Notes: generated by a model from the sequence alone, not told the origin. Positions 1 to 9,608 are shown, numbered from the whole stretch's first letter. The stretch is DNA of 61,925 nucleotides, filler included, from Coriobacteriales bacterium (GCA_031263105.1; 5 parts of 5 records of this genome joined end to end with filler, not necessarily neighbours in it), one strand, 5' to 3'. Translations and numbers: made by a program.

Positions 1-109
1 CCCAGATGCGTGAATTGGACGCGATGTGAGACTAAGACAGTGCCGAGCGCTGAAGCGCTCGGCATAACACGACTAAAAACGGCGCGAAAGTGGATTAATC
101 GGCGCCTCC

Positions 110-826
110 CTAGGGAAGCGCCTTCCTTAAGAAGACGGGGGCGGACCGTCGTCTCCTCATGGCCGCCCCGATGCGTGCGACCGCATAGAAGACGAACACC
201 ACCGAATAGCAGATGACGCTTATGCTCGATGCCACGGCGCCCTGAAGCGCCGCAGGCAACAAGAAGAGCAGCATATGGATGTAGGTGAGAGCGAAAAACG
301 GGTAGGCGAGCAGCTGTATCCGCTTCCAGGTCCTTGTCGCAAGGCGCCTTTTCAAACGTGTGAACGAGGTGACCCCCAAGAGGACGAGCAGGGCAAGCAG
401 AACAAGGGAGATGCAAAAGGAGACGACGAGGTTCATGCTGTAGGCGGCCCCGTTTGCGAGCACGTGGGCCCCGAAAGAGCCCAGATACGCCACCACGTGG
501 CCGAGCGCGAGGTAACAGGCGATGATGGACAACTCGGCACGTATGGGTGCCAGGTAGCTGCGGACCCGCGATCTCTCAGAAAAGACGCCGACATACATGA
601 CGATCACGAAGAAGGCCTCCGCCAGCAGGCACCTCTGCATGAGGGCGAGGAACGTGCGGTCGATGAGCGCCGGGAGGGGAAACACGCTCCTCGCAAAAAA
701 CACCACGTCGAACAGAACGGCCAGCCCATAAAAGACAAGGGGGTGACGCTTGATGAGGTTTCTGAAGGCGAAGGTGAAAACCGTAGCACCGATCAAGGTG
801 AAAAGGAAGGTCACGGCAAGCTCCAT
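110..826 (-). CDS. Ferric reductase-like transmembrane protein (MsrQ/YedZ-like heme-b membrane subunit)
   Basis: About 6 hydrophobic helices; His residues in LALGHV and TYIHML; 'TS...KRRL...WKRIQLLAYPFF' resembles the MsrQ/ferric reductase TM signature; last gene of the molybdoenzyme operon. Confidence 0.75.
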   Translation of the reverse strand: MELAVTFLFTLIGATVFTFAFRNLIKRHPLVFYGLAVLFDVVFFARSVFPLPALIDRTFLALMQRCLLAEAFFVIVMYVGVFSERSRVRSYLAPIRAELSIIACYLALGHVVAYLGSFGAHVLANGAAYSMNLVVSFCISLVLLALLVLLGVTSFTRLKRRLATRTWKRIQLLAYPFFALTYIHMLLFLLPAALQGAVASSISVICYSVVFVFYAVARIGAAMRRRRSAPVFLRKALP

Positions 827-1599
827 TGACTGATATCCGGCATATTCTCAAGGGACACGAGCGCCGAGGCCGCCAAGCGTGCATAGACCTCATGGCGCGC
901 CTCCTTTTTGACGCGTTCAAAGAACCGGGGCATCCAGCTGTCGACATGGGCGGCCCTGAAGGACTGGAGCTGCTCTGCCCAAAGCCTGGCGTTGCCGCCT
1001 GCGTCGGCACCGTCGCCTGCATCGGTGCCTGCATCGGCACCGTCGCCCGCAGCCTCGTTGAGCGAGACGGCGACATGGGTGTAAAGCAGGCGCAGGAAGT
1101 CGAGTTCCCGAAAAACAGCGTCGACCGGCTCCTTCCGGTAGTCGGCGGGGAGCGCGTCCGCACGCCTGAGACAGGCCTCGACATCCACGGTGCAAGGGTT
1201 GACGAACAGGGCGGGAGGACCCTCGCCTCCTTGCGCAACGAAGCGGAAGGCGCTTTCGTAGGGATAGACGGCCACGAGCCTTCCCGGAGCAAGAAACAAC
1301 CGGAAATACTCCCTTTTGAGCTCGTCAAGGAGGGAACCTGTGTCGCTTTGAAGACCCTGGGGAGAAAGCCCCCGACCGAGCACCTCGACCTTGTGGAGAC
1401 AGGACTCGGATACGCCGAGCTCAGAAAGGCAGGCACACAGGTCGTGTGCCACTGCTCCCGCACGTAAGGCCTGCGCCAGTTCCAACGAAGGAAAAGAGAA
1501 GGCGGCCGAGAAAAGCTCCGCCATGTCGGCGCAGGCGACAGCCTGTCTCTGCTGAACGTCCACAGCGATCGTGCCCGCGACCCTCTCGGCTGCCGTCAT
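811..1599 (-). CDS. TorD/DmsD-family redox enzyme maturation chaperone
   Basis: EYFRLF, PYESAF, EPVD and 'HVDSWMPRFF' motifs; located downstream of the molybdoenzyme and Fe-S subunits. Confidence 0.85.
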   Translation of the reverse strand: MTAAERVAGTIAVDVQQRQAVACADMAELFSAAFSFPSLELAQALRAGAVAHDLCACLSELGVSESCLHKVEVLGRGLSPQGLQSDTGSLLDELKREYFRLFLAPGRLVAVYPYESAFRFVAQGGEGPPALFVNPCTVDVEACLRRADALPADYRKEPVDAVFRELDFLRLLYTHVAVSLNEAAGDGADAGTDAGDGADAGGNARLWAEQLQSFRAAHVDSWMPRFFERVKKEARHEVYARLAASALVSLENMPDISQWSLP

Positions 1600-1612
1600 C
1601 TTTTTCTTGTCT

Positions 1613-2272
1613 TCACATCAGATAGAAGACACAGGGCTCGGTACCTTCGCTTTCGAGGTACCGTAAGACCTCGCGTCCTTCCTTCGCCTTGTTGGGAGCA
1701 GACTCCGGGTCGTCAAGGTCGCCCCAGTGCCGGGCACGGGCCGGGCAGAGCTGCATGCACGCAGGCACGTCGTCACGACCGACGAGGTTCTTGCAAAAGG
1801 TGCATTTCTCCACAGTCGCTATCCTGTGAGGAGGCGCGTCCGCCTCGCCGATCGCCAGGTCGAGATAGTATTCGCTTTCCTCCTCAAGCAGCGTGCGCAC
1901 ATCGTAGGGGCAGGCCTGAATGCAACTGCCGCAGCCGATGCAGGTCCCGTAATCGATGGAGATGATGCCGTCCTCGTCCTTGGTGCTGGCTCCGGTAGGG
2001 CATATCGCCACGCAGGCCGGCTTGGCACAGTGTTGGCACGCCTTGGGAAAGAAGCTGAGCGTGCAGTCCGGGAAGGTGCCGCCCGCATTGTCGTTTGCCA
2101 GTGCGCCCTTGGCCACTGCCACCCCTGGGTTGCGGTAATCGTCGTCGGTTTTGGTGAAAACCACATTGTACGACAGCCCTTTGGGCAGATTGTTGGCTAC
2201 CTTGCAGGCGGACGCGCAGGTCTGACAGCCAAAACAACGATTGAGGTCTATTGCCATTCCATATTGGGTCAT
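1613..2272 (-). CDS. 4Fe-4S dicluster electron-transfer subunit (DmsB/NrfC-like)
   Basis: Four Cys clusters: CFGCQTCASAC, CQHCAKPACVAICP, CIGCGSCIQACP, KCTFC...PACMQLCP. Confidence 0.92.
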   Translation of the reverse strand: MTQYGMAIDLNRCFGCQTCASACKVANNLPKGLSYNVVFTKTDDDYRNPGVAVAKGALANDNAGGTFPDCTLSFFPKACQHCAKPACVAICPTGASTKDEDGIISIDYGTCIGCGSCIQACPYDVRTLLEEESEYYLDLAIGEADAPPHRIATVEKCTFCKNLVGRDDVPACMQLCPARARHWGDLDDPESAPNKAKEGREVLRYLESEGTEPCVFYLM

Positions 2273-2285
2273 ACGGTATCACCTC

Positions 2286-4784
2286 TCAGAGTCTCTCGAT
2301 GGTCACGGCCACATCATTGAACGCCTGGTTGGCGCACACCTGGTTGAACTCATTGCTGGATATGTCTGCAAAATGGCCGTCGATGAACTCGTCGGCCTGA
2401 AAGCTGCGCGGGCTGGACACCATGCCGCGGGGAAGCCCGCTGTTGATCGTCGCCTTCATCACCACGTACCCGCGCGCATTGCTCAGCTTGACCTCGTCGC
2501 CTTCCGTGATGCCCAAAGTCGCGGCGTCGTCGGGGTTCAGACGCACCATGGGGTCGGGTTCATAGTCGTCCATATACCTCACGTCCCACCATTGGGTATG
2601 GGTGCGCGTGCGCATATGCTCCGACAGAACCTGATAGGGGTACGTGGCGCGTATGGGACTGTTCACGTCGGCCTCTGTCGCCGGCTCCCAATAAGGGACC
2701 TTTTCCTTGGTCTCGTCTATCTGCTGTCCGATGTCGTAGTCGGGGGTCACCGTTTCCTGGTAGAACCGCGCCCGCCCGCTAGGAGTGGCGTATACGCCGT
2801 CTTCGAACGAAACGAAGGTCTCTCCCGGCAGTATACGGGCGACTTTGTCGGCTTTGACCTGCTCGAAGCTGATGCCCATGGCCCTAGCCGCATCGCTGTC
2901 CAGCCAGAGCGCTATGTAGTCCTCCTCGCTCATGTCGAAGAACTCCCCATAGCCCATCTTGTCCGCAAGCAGTTTCATGATGTCAAAGTCGCTTTTGGCC
3001 TCGAACTGCGGCTCTATGACCTTGTCCTGCCAAAGGATATAGGGAGCGGAGCTGTAGCTTGTGAACAGGTCGGTAGTCTCAAACCAGTGTGCTGCGGGCA
3101 AAAGTATGTCGGCATAGGTGGCTGTCTCCGTCATGTTCATATCGGCCACGACAACAAACTCGATGTTGGTGAGCCAATACTTCGTCCTTTCGCGTTGCGC
3201 CATCGTGGCCATGGGATTGGCGCACATGACGTAGACGCCTTTGAGGGGGGCGGGCTCGCCCGCATAGAGACCCGTGTCCAGGACTTCGGGGATTTTGTTG
3301 ATAGTAAACTGGACACCGCGACCCTGTGCCGGGTTTCCGTCCTGGTCGGTCGGGTACAAGGTGCCGACGAAGTTCGCTATGAGCGGCAACAGCTCGGAGA
3401 AGCCCACCGCCGCACCCGGGCTGCCCGAGTTGCCGGTCACCAATGACAAGGCGTAGAGCGACCAGTAATTGTAGTGCCCGTTTTTGTAGTGGTTGCTGCC
3501 GAACAACGCATAGGTGTTGACCGGGCCCTCTTGGGCGTAGACACGTGCCAGTTCGCGAATGTCGTCGGCGGAAACGCCGCATAGCTCAGAGGCCCTTTCC
3601 GGGCTGTACGCGCTTGCCAGCTCCCGCAACAAAGCGAATTGCGTCTTTACCGCTATGCCGTTTACCTCGCTTACCCCTTCCAGCGCTGCCTTTGTGGCGT
3701 CCTCTGCCGCCACGGGCCCGCCGGTGGCCTCATCGAATACCACGAGGGGGTCCATGAGGGCAGGCTCGCCTGTCGAAGGGTCGATGTCGCCCTTTTGCGC
3801 CTCGACGCCAAGGTCGCTCATGCGCAGCAGCATGCCGTCGTCTTTGATGAGGAACGGCGCCTCTGTGCGGGTGCGGAGAAAGTCCTCCTGTATCCAGCCC
3901 TGGGCCAGGACCTCGTTGAGGGCCCCGAAGGCCAACGCGCCATCGGTCGAGGAATGCAGGGGAATATGCCAGTCTGCCTTGGCGGCATTGGCGTTATAGG
4001 CGGGATCTATGACTATATATTTTGCCCCCCGCTCTTTGGCGCTCATCAGAAAGTGCATGACGTGGGGCTGCGATATGCTGGGATTTGCGCCCCAACATAT
4101 CAGCGTTTTGGAGTTCTTGAAGTCTGCCGGCTCGTTGTTCGTGCCATAGAGCGTGTTGCCCGTGATGATGCCAAAGGCACGTCCGTGCCCTGCGTCTACG
4201 TTGAGCGGAATGTATGAGCTGCCCACAACGTTTATAAAACGGTCCGTGGCACCTGCCAGACCCACCCCGCTGCAGATGGCATAGTTGCCGCTGCCGTACA
4301 TGACGGCCATGGATGCCGGGCCGAACTCCTCGGCGTAGCCTTGCCATTTTTGGGCAATCTCGTCAAGCGCCTCGTCCCAACCGATGCGCTCGAACTCGCC
4401 CGCGCCCCTCTCGCCCACACGCCGCATAGGGTACTGCAGGCGTTCGGCGCTGTAGATGCGCGCGGGATGGGTGATGCCCTTTGTGCAGATGCGCGTATAG
4501 TCGGGGTCGGGCAGGTCCCGTGCCGTCGTGCGCACGACCTTGTCGTCGCGCACATGCACGTCCAGGAAGCAGCCGCCGGCACAGTTGCCACGGCATACCC
4601 CTGCGAAACGTTCGGTCTTCGCCTCCACGGCCTCTTCGTCCTCGCTGGGAGCTTTGGGCGCACAGGCCCAGACCGACCCGGCGGCTGCACCGGCTGCGGC
4701 GACCGCCGCCGCCCCTTTGACAAAGCTGCGCCGCGAGAAACCCTGCCTCTCCTTGCCGGCTCTCTCCTTCTCAGACATACCCAT
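2286..4784 (-). CDS. Molybdopterin (Mo/W-bisPGD) oxidoreductase catalytic subunit, DMSO reductase family; Tat-exported, probable lipoprotein
   Basis: Tat motif SRRSFVKG then VWAC; FS0 motif CRGNCAGGC...CTKG; RLQYPMRR, WDEALD, TATYADILLP; C-terminal MopB_CT-like NPDDA...GD.V. Confidence 0.92.
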   Translation of the reverse strand: MGMSEKERAGKERQGFSRRSFVKGAAAVAAAGAAAGSVWACAPKAPSEDEEAVEAKTERFAGVCRGNCAGGCFLDVHVRDDKVVRTTARDLPDPDYTRICTKGITHPARIYSAERLQYPMRRVGERGAGEFERIGWDEALDEIAQKWQGYAEEFGPASMAVMYGSGNYAICSGVGLAGATDRFINVVGSSYIPLNVDAGHGRAFGIITGNTLYGTNNEPADFKNSKTLICWGANPSISQPHVMHFLMSAKERGAKYIVIDPAYNANAAKADWHIPLHSSTDGALAFGALNEVLAQGWIQEDFLRTRTEAPFLIKDDGMLLRMSDLGVEAQKGDIDPSTGEPALMDPLVVFDEATGGPVAAEDATKAALEGVSEVNGIAVKTQFALLRELASAYSPERASELCGVSADDIRELARVYAQEGPVNTYALFGSNHYKNGHYNYWSLYALSLVTGNSGSPGAAVGFSELLPLIANFVGTLYPTDQDGNPAQGRGVQFTINKIPEVLDTGLYAGEPAPLKGVYVMCANPMATMAQRERTKYWLTNIEFVVVADMNMTETATYADILLPAAHWFETTDLFTSYSSAPYILWQDKVIEPQFEAKSDFDIMKLLADKMGYGEFFDMSEEDYIALWLDSDAARAMGISFEQVKADKVARILPGETFVSFEDGVYATPSGRARFYQETVTPDYDIGQQIDETKEKVPYWEPATEADVNSPIRATYPYQVLSEHMRTRTHTQWWDVRYMDDYEPDPMVRLNPDDAATLGITEGDEVKLSNARGYVVMKATINSGLPRGMVSSPRSFQADEFIDGHFADISSNEFNQVCANQAFNDVAVTIERL

Positions 4785-4881
4785 GGCTCCTCCTTGTTCT
4801 TTTCATGCATATCGGTACGTTCCTCTCGGAAACGTTAGCAAACGCCCGCTTCCCAAGCGATAGTGACACGATTAAAGTTGG

Positions 4882-4896
4882 ATTATCTTTTCTTAA
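4882..4896 (-). promoter_or_regulatory. Candidate response-regulator operator TTAAGAAAAGATAAT upstream of the molybdoenzyme
   Basis: 13/15 match to the motif at 7358-7372 upstream of the kinase; TTAA/TAAT half-sites about 11 bp apart. Confidence 0.4.
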
Positions 4897-4936
4897 GCAA
4901 ACCCGGGGAAGTGCCGATGAATGGACTGGCACTTCC

Positions 4937-5617
4937 CTATGCAGCAAAGATATACCCGGCATTGCGGATTGTTTTTATGAAGCGGGGGTGCGAGGGGTCG
5001 TCCTCGATCTTCTCGCGCAACTTTCTGATGAAGACCGCGACGCTGGAGGTCTCGCCGATGAACTCCTCGCCCCATACCTCTTTGATTACCTGCTCGCGCG
5101 TGAATATCTCGCCACGATGGCGGGCAAGCAGGGACAATATCAGGAACTCCTTGGGAGTGAGCGTCACGTCCTCGCCCCGGAGCGTAGCGCGATGGCGCTC
5201 GACGTCGATCTCCAGGTCTCCCGCAACGATGCTCTGCGACTGGGCCACCGCGATGCGGTCGTGGTGCCGCAGGTGCGCGTTGATGCGCATGAGCAGTTCT
5301 TCGGGGCTGAACGGCTTGACCAGGTAGTCGTCGGCCCCGGCCGAGAACCCCACCTCCTTGTCGACCAGGTCGCCTTTGGCGGAGAGGATGAGGATGGGGC
5401 TGAGCACGCCCTTCTGTCGAAGCTGCCTGCACACCTGAAAGCCGTTCATCTTGGGCATCATGACATCGAGTATGATGAGGTCGGGCCTCTCTTCGGCCGC
5501 GATGGGGAAGACCTCCTGCCCATCCTGGGCATGGCAGAACGTGAATCCGCCGTCCTCAACGATGCGACGGACCACGCTGGCAATACTGGGCTCGTCGTCA
5601 GCCAGCAATATCTTCAT
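4937..5617 (-). CDS. OmpR/PhoB-family response regulator
   Basis: Starts MKILLADDE; DLIILDVMMP, GADDYLVKPF; winged-helix C-terminus LREKIE...IKTIRNAGY. Confidence 0.93.
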   Translation of the reverse strand: MKILLADDEPSIASVVRRIVEDGGFTFCHAQDGQEVFPIAAEERPDLIILDVMMPKMNGFQVCRQLRQKGVLSPILILSAKGDLVDKEVGFSAGADDYLVKPFSPEELLMRINAHLRHHDRIAVAQSQSIVAGDLEIDVERHRATLRGEDVTLTPKEFLILSLLARHRGEIFTREQVIKEVWGEEFIGETSSVAVFIRKLREKIEDDPSHPRFIKTIRNAGYIFAA

Positions 5618-7277
5618 TGTCGTCCCACTCCTTCTCATGTATGGGGATGTGCACGATGAACGTCGAACCCTTCTTGAACGCGCTCTCGACTTCGACGAAT
5701 CCCCCCATTGCCTCCGTAAGCTCCTTGACCACCGCAAGTCCCAGCCCCGAGCCGCTGTAGCGTCGGTGAGAGGACTTGTCCAGCTGGGTGAACTTCTCGA
5801 ACACCCTGGGTATGTCGCGCTCCTTTATCCCGATTCCCGTGTCGCTTACCCGTATCTGTATCTCCCGTGCGACGGGGCGCACGTCGACCCGGGCCGAACC
5901 GCCGCGTTGCGTGAACTTCACCGCGTTCGACACGAGGTTCTCGAGGATGCGCCGCAGCTTCTCCCAGTCGGTGTAGATCAACGGCGTACCGGGCGAGACC
6001 TGGGTCTCGAATTCGATCTGCCGCTTGTTCGCCAACGGCCGCATCGAAGTCTCCACCGTGCTCAGCAGGTCTACCATATCGACCCATTCGCAGGTGAGCT
6101 CGGTCTTGCCTGCGTCGATACGCGCGACCTCCAGAATGTTGTTGACCATATGGAGCAGAACGTAGCCGTTCTCCTTGATCTCCCTGATGGCCGTCCTGTC
6201 CTTCTCGGAGGTCGCCCCGTTGGATTCCTCGCATATCTCGGCGAACGCGAGTATGGAGGTCAGAGGCGTTCGCAGCTCGTGGCTCATGATGGCGAGGAAG
6301 TCCGATTTGTACTGACTTTCCGACTGCAACAGGTCGTTTGCCTCCTTCAGTCCTATGCGTTGCTCCTCGAGGATGCGGTTGGCGCTTGCCAGTTGCCGCG
6401 TCCTGTCGTCGACCTGCTTCTCAAGGTTGTCATACGAACTCTGGAGCTGCTGCGCCATGGACGAGAACTTCTGCTCAAGGACCTTGATCTCCCCTGACGA
6501 CCTGCTGCCGTTCAGGTCGATATCGAGGTTCCCGCCCTCGATCTGTTCGATGGCGCTCTCTACCCGTCTGAGCGGGCGGGTCACCAGAAGTGAGATGGCG
6601 AGGTAGACGATGGTTATCAAAAGCGCGATGACGACAAAGAAATAGAGCGACTGTTGGAGTATGTTCTGCTGGATGCCCGTCATATACAGGTCGATGGGCA
6701 TGACGATGCTGACCGCGCCGGCAAGGTCGCCGTTCTTCAGCCCCTCCTTGGGGTGCCCCGTTATGTCGATCTCCCCCTTGGGGTCGCCATGGCAGTTCAG
6801 GCAGGATTCCTTGATGAAGATGGGCGTGGTATAGCGAAAGACCTCCCGGTCCCCATACGTCGTTATCTGGTAGATCTCGTCGTCCTGGCCGGACAGCGCA
6901 AAGGATTCCAACGCCTCGCGCTCGAATGCGTCGGGCCTGCTGTTGGAGCGCCGAGGCTCCAGGCTCACGTACTTGACCGTATAGTCGGTATCGCGCATGA
7001 ACAGGACCGCCACGCTCTTCCCCGCGATGGCACAGTATATGTTCTTGAAGTTGTAGTCGCCGTTGGCGTCGGTATCGATACGGCTCTGATTTATGTCGAT
7101 GAACTCCCAGACGGCCCTCATCTCCTGGTTGAGGATCTGGGTCTTCTCGAGCATCTCCCTTTCCGCCTGGCGCACCTGCGTATAGTTGCTCCAGGCGATG
7201 TTGAGCACGACTGCCACTATGAGCAGGGCTATCAGAAGAACGGTGATCTTGAACTGGATGCGCAACTTGGAGAACAT
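5598..7277 (-). CDS. Sensor histidine kinase with a periplasmic c-type heme (DUF3365/Tll0287-like) domain and HAMP
   Basis: Two TM helices flanking a domain with CLNCH; H-box SHELRTPL, N-box NAVKFT, G-boxes DTGIGI and GSGLGL; GGAGG RBS before ATG 7277. Confidence 0.9.
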   Translation of the reverse strand: MFSKLRIQFKITVLLIALLIVAVVLNIAWSNYTQVRQAEREMLEKTQILNQEMRAVWEFIDINQSRIDTDANGDYNFKNIYCAIAGKSVAVLFMRDTDYTVKYVSLEPRRSNSRPDAFEREALESFALSGQDDEIYQITTYGDREVFRYTTPIFIKESCLNCHGDPKGEIDITGHPKEGLKNGDLAGAVSIVMPIDLYMTGIQQNILQQSLYFFVVIALLITIVYLAISLLVTRPLRRVESAIEQIEGGNLDIDLNGSRSSGEIKVLEQKFSSMAQQLQSSYDNLEKQVDDRTRQLASANRILEEQRIGLKEANDLLQSESQYKSDFLAIMSHELRTPLTSILAFAEICEESNGATSEKDRTAIREIKENGYVLLHMVNNILEVARIDAGKTELTCEWVDMVDLLSTVETSMRPLANKRQIEFETQVSPGTPLIYTDWEKLRRILENLVSNAVKFTQRGGSARVDVRPVAREIQIRVSDTGIGIKERDIPRVFEKFTQLDKSSHRRYSGSGLGLAVVKELTEAMGGFVEVESAFKKGSTFIVHIPIHEKEWDDNEDIAG

Positions 7278-7392
7278 ACTGCCTCCAACTTCCGATGAGG
7301 TCTCCTCTCGTTTGAATTGTAACATCACTGCAAAAGATCGCCGTCAAAGGATGCCACATTATCATATCTTAATCTTGTGAAGCGTTAGATAG

Positions 7393-7606
7393 GTTACTGT
7401 TCACACCCCCGCTGCCATCCCGAGCCCCGCTGTCATCCCGAGCCCCGCTGCCATCCCGAGCCCCGCTATCATCCCGAGCCTGCCGAGGGATCCTCGACCG
7501 CGCAAGCGGTCGACTGCGGCCGAAAGGCGCCTCGACCCACGGTCGGCTGCTTCGCAGCCGAAGATTCCTCACAGGACTCGGAATGACAGTAGGGGTGTGA
7601 ACACAC
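7393..7606. mobile_element. MITE family copy 1
   Basis: Ends GTTACTGTTCACACCCC...GGGGTGTGAACA; 8-bp direct repeat TTAGATAG at 7385-7392 and 7607-7614; four internal 18-bp units. Confidence 0.75.
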
Positions 7607-7752
7607 TTAGATAGAAACAGTAGAATATTCTCGCGCTCACTTTATGTATAAGGAGTATAATGGTTCGCGACAGGTCGCATGGCCATACGGGACGGGGATA
7701 CCGCTCCCGCCGTCACGACCATGCAAACGGCTACCGACAAGGATGACTGACA

Positions 7753-8103
7753 ATGAAAAGCATGAAGCACCTCGGTCTGCAACTCCGTATCACCTTCTAT
7801 GCGGGCAAGAAGGTCGAAGAGGGCACCTTCGGCAAAGGCATCGCGACCCTGATGCGCGGCGTCGACGACCTCGGCTCCCTCAACGCCGCCGCCAAGAAGA
7901 TCCACATGGCGTACAGCAAGGCCTGGCGCATCACCAAGGAGACCGAGGCGGGCTTCGGCTTCAACCTCATCGACCGCGACGGCGCACGTGGCTCCACCCT
8001 CACCGCCGAAGGACGCAAGCTCCTCAGCGCCTACGAGCAGCTCGAGGCCGAGGGCAGCGAGTTTCTGGCATCGCGGTTCAAAGAGCTGATCACGACGAAA
8101 TAG
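7753..8103 (+). CDS. Stand-alone ModE N-terminal-type winged-helix regulator (no Mop domains)
   Basis: FGKG...GSLNAAAKKIHMAYSKAW...GARGSTLTAEG is the ModE HTH signature; TATAAT at 7656-7661. Confidence 0.85.
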   Translation: MKSMKHLGLQLRITFYAGKKVEEGTFGKGIATLMRGVDDLGSLNAAAKKIHMAYSKAWRITKETEAGFGFNLIDRDGARGSTLTAEGRKLLSAYEQLEAEGSEFLASRFKELITTK

Positions 8104-8185
8104 CACCGGATAGGCGGAGCCGCACCGGGCAGCAAGGGCACGGGGACGACGAAGCGGCGCCAAGACGGCCCGTTGAGCCAGAACG

Positions 8186-8938
8186 CTACTCGGCGGTGAG
8201 GACGAGGGGGCCGTCCTCGGTTATCGCCACGGTCCTCTCGAAGTGCGCCGAGGGCGTGCCGTCGGCAGTATAGACGGTCCATTGGTCGTCGAAGGGCCCC
8301 CGGGTCTGAGGGGAACCTAGGTTTATCATGGGCTCGATGGCAAGGACCATGCCCTTCTTGAGCCTGATGCCCTGCCCCTTGCGCCCGAAGTTCGGCACGT
8401 TGGGATCCTCGTGCATGTCGTGGCCGATGCCATGGCCGACGTATTCGCGCACCACGCCGAAGCCCGCACGCTCGGCGCGGCTCTGCACCGCAAAGCCGAT
8501 GTCCCCGAGCCGGTTGCCCATACGGGCGGCCTCGACACCGTCCCACATGCAACGTTCCGTGACCTCGAGCAGCCGTGCAGTCGCAGGGTCTATCTCCCCC
8601 ACCGCGAAGGTCGCCGCGTTGTCCCCTACCCAGCCCCCTATGATCGCACCCGTGTCTATCGAGATGATGTCCCCCTCTTGAAGGACGACCTCCTTCGAGG
8701 GTATGCCGTGGACGACCTGGTCGTTGAGTGAGGAGCAGATCGAGCCCCTGAAGCCCCCGTACCCGAGGAATGCAGGCACCCCGCCCTCCATGCGGATGAG
8801 GTTCTCGGCAAAGCGGTCAAGGTCCAGCGTGGAGATGCCCGGGCGAACCAGCTCGCCGGTCTTGCGCAGCGCCTTGGCGCTCACACGGCCGGCCTCGCGC
8901 ATCGCCTCGATCTCGTCGGCTGTCTTGAGTTTTATCAC
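8186..8938 (-). CDS. map: Methionine aminopeptidase type I
   Basis: VHGIP, GHGIG, HEDP, AIEPM, SAHFE; GTG start overlaps the adk stop. Confidence 0.96.
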   Translation of the reverse strand: MIKLKTADEIEAMREAGRVSAKALRKTGELVRPGISTLDLDRFAENLIRMEGGVPAFLGYGGFRGSICSSLNDQVVHGIPSKEVVLQEGDIISIDTGAIIGGWVGDNAATFAVGEIDPATARLLEVTERCMWDGVEAARMGNRLGDIGFAVQSRAERAGFGVVREYVGHGIGHDMHEDPNVPNFGRKGQGIRLKKGMVLAIEPMINLGSPQTRGPFDDQWTVYTADGTPSAHFERTVAITEDGPLVLTAE

Positions 8939-9564
8939 GCCGTGTTCAACGCGGCCTGTATCGAGGCGAAGACCTCGTCGGCAGGACGGTCGCCGTCGAT
9001 CTCGACCAGCAGGTCGCTGCCACGATAGTACTCGATGAGCGGCGAGGTGGACTGCTCGTAGACCTCGAGGCGGTTCCGCACGGTCTCGGGCCTGTCGTCG
9101 TCGCGCTGGTACATCTCGCCGAAGCACAGTGGGCAGCACGCATCGGCCTCGGAGCCGATGTAGCCACAGCTCCTGCAGAGCCTGCGCGAGGTCAGGCGAC
9201 CGACGATGACCTCAGGGTCCACCTGCACCGCAATGGCGGCATCGATGTCGCGCCCCAGCTCGGCCAGCTCGCTGGCAAGCGCGACCGCCTGCGTGCTGGT
9301 GCGCGGGAAGCCGTCCAAGACAAAGCCCTTGTCCGTGTCCGCCTCCTTCAGGCGCTCCTTCACCAGGCCGATGACCACCGTATCCGGCACGAGCCCGCCC
9401 TTGTCCATATAGGACTTCGCCTCAAGGCCAAGAGGGGTGGACGCCTTGACGGCGGCACGGAGGATGTCGCCGGTCGAGATATGGGGGATGTCGTAGGATG
9501 CGACGAGCTTCGCCGCCTGTGTGCCCTTGCCGGCACCGGGAGCCCCTAACAGGACGATGTTCAT
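8935..9564 (-). CDS. adk: Adenylate kinase with Cys-rich (Zn) lid
   Basis: GAPGAGKGT, HISTGDILR, LDGFPR, QRDDD. Confidence 0.97.
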   Translation of the reverse strand: MNIVLLGAPGAGKGTQAAKLVASYDIPHISTGDILRAAVKASTPLGLEAKSYMDKGGLVPDTVVIGLVKERLKEADTDKGFVLDGFPRTSTQAVALASELAELGRDIDAAIAVQVDPEVIVGRLTSRRLCRSCGYIGSEADACCPLCFGEMYQRDDDRPETVRNRLEVYEQSTSPLIEYYRGSDLLVEIDGDRPADEVFASIQAALNTA

Positions 9565-9608
9565 AGTGTCCTCCTTAAACCATAGAGAGAACCGTCACGA
9601 GGAAGGGG

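Noticed and set aside
2286..4784. Selenocysteine or recoding in the molybdoenzyme
   Set aside because: The ORF is continuous with no in-frame TGA
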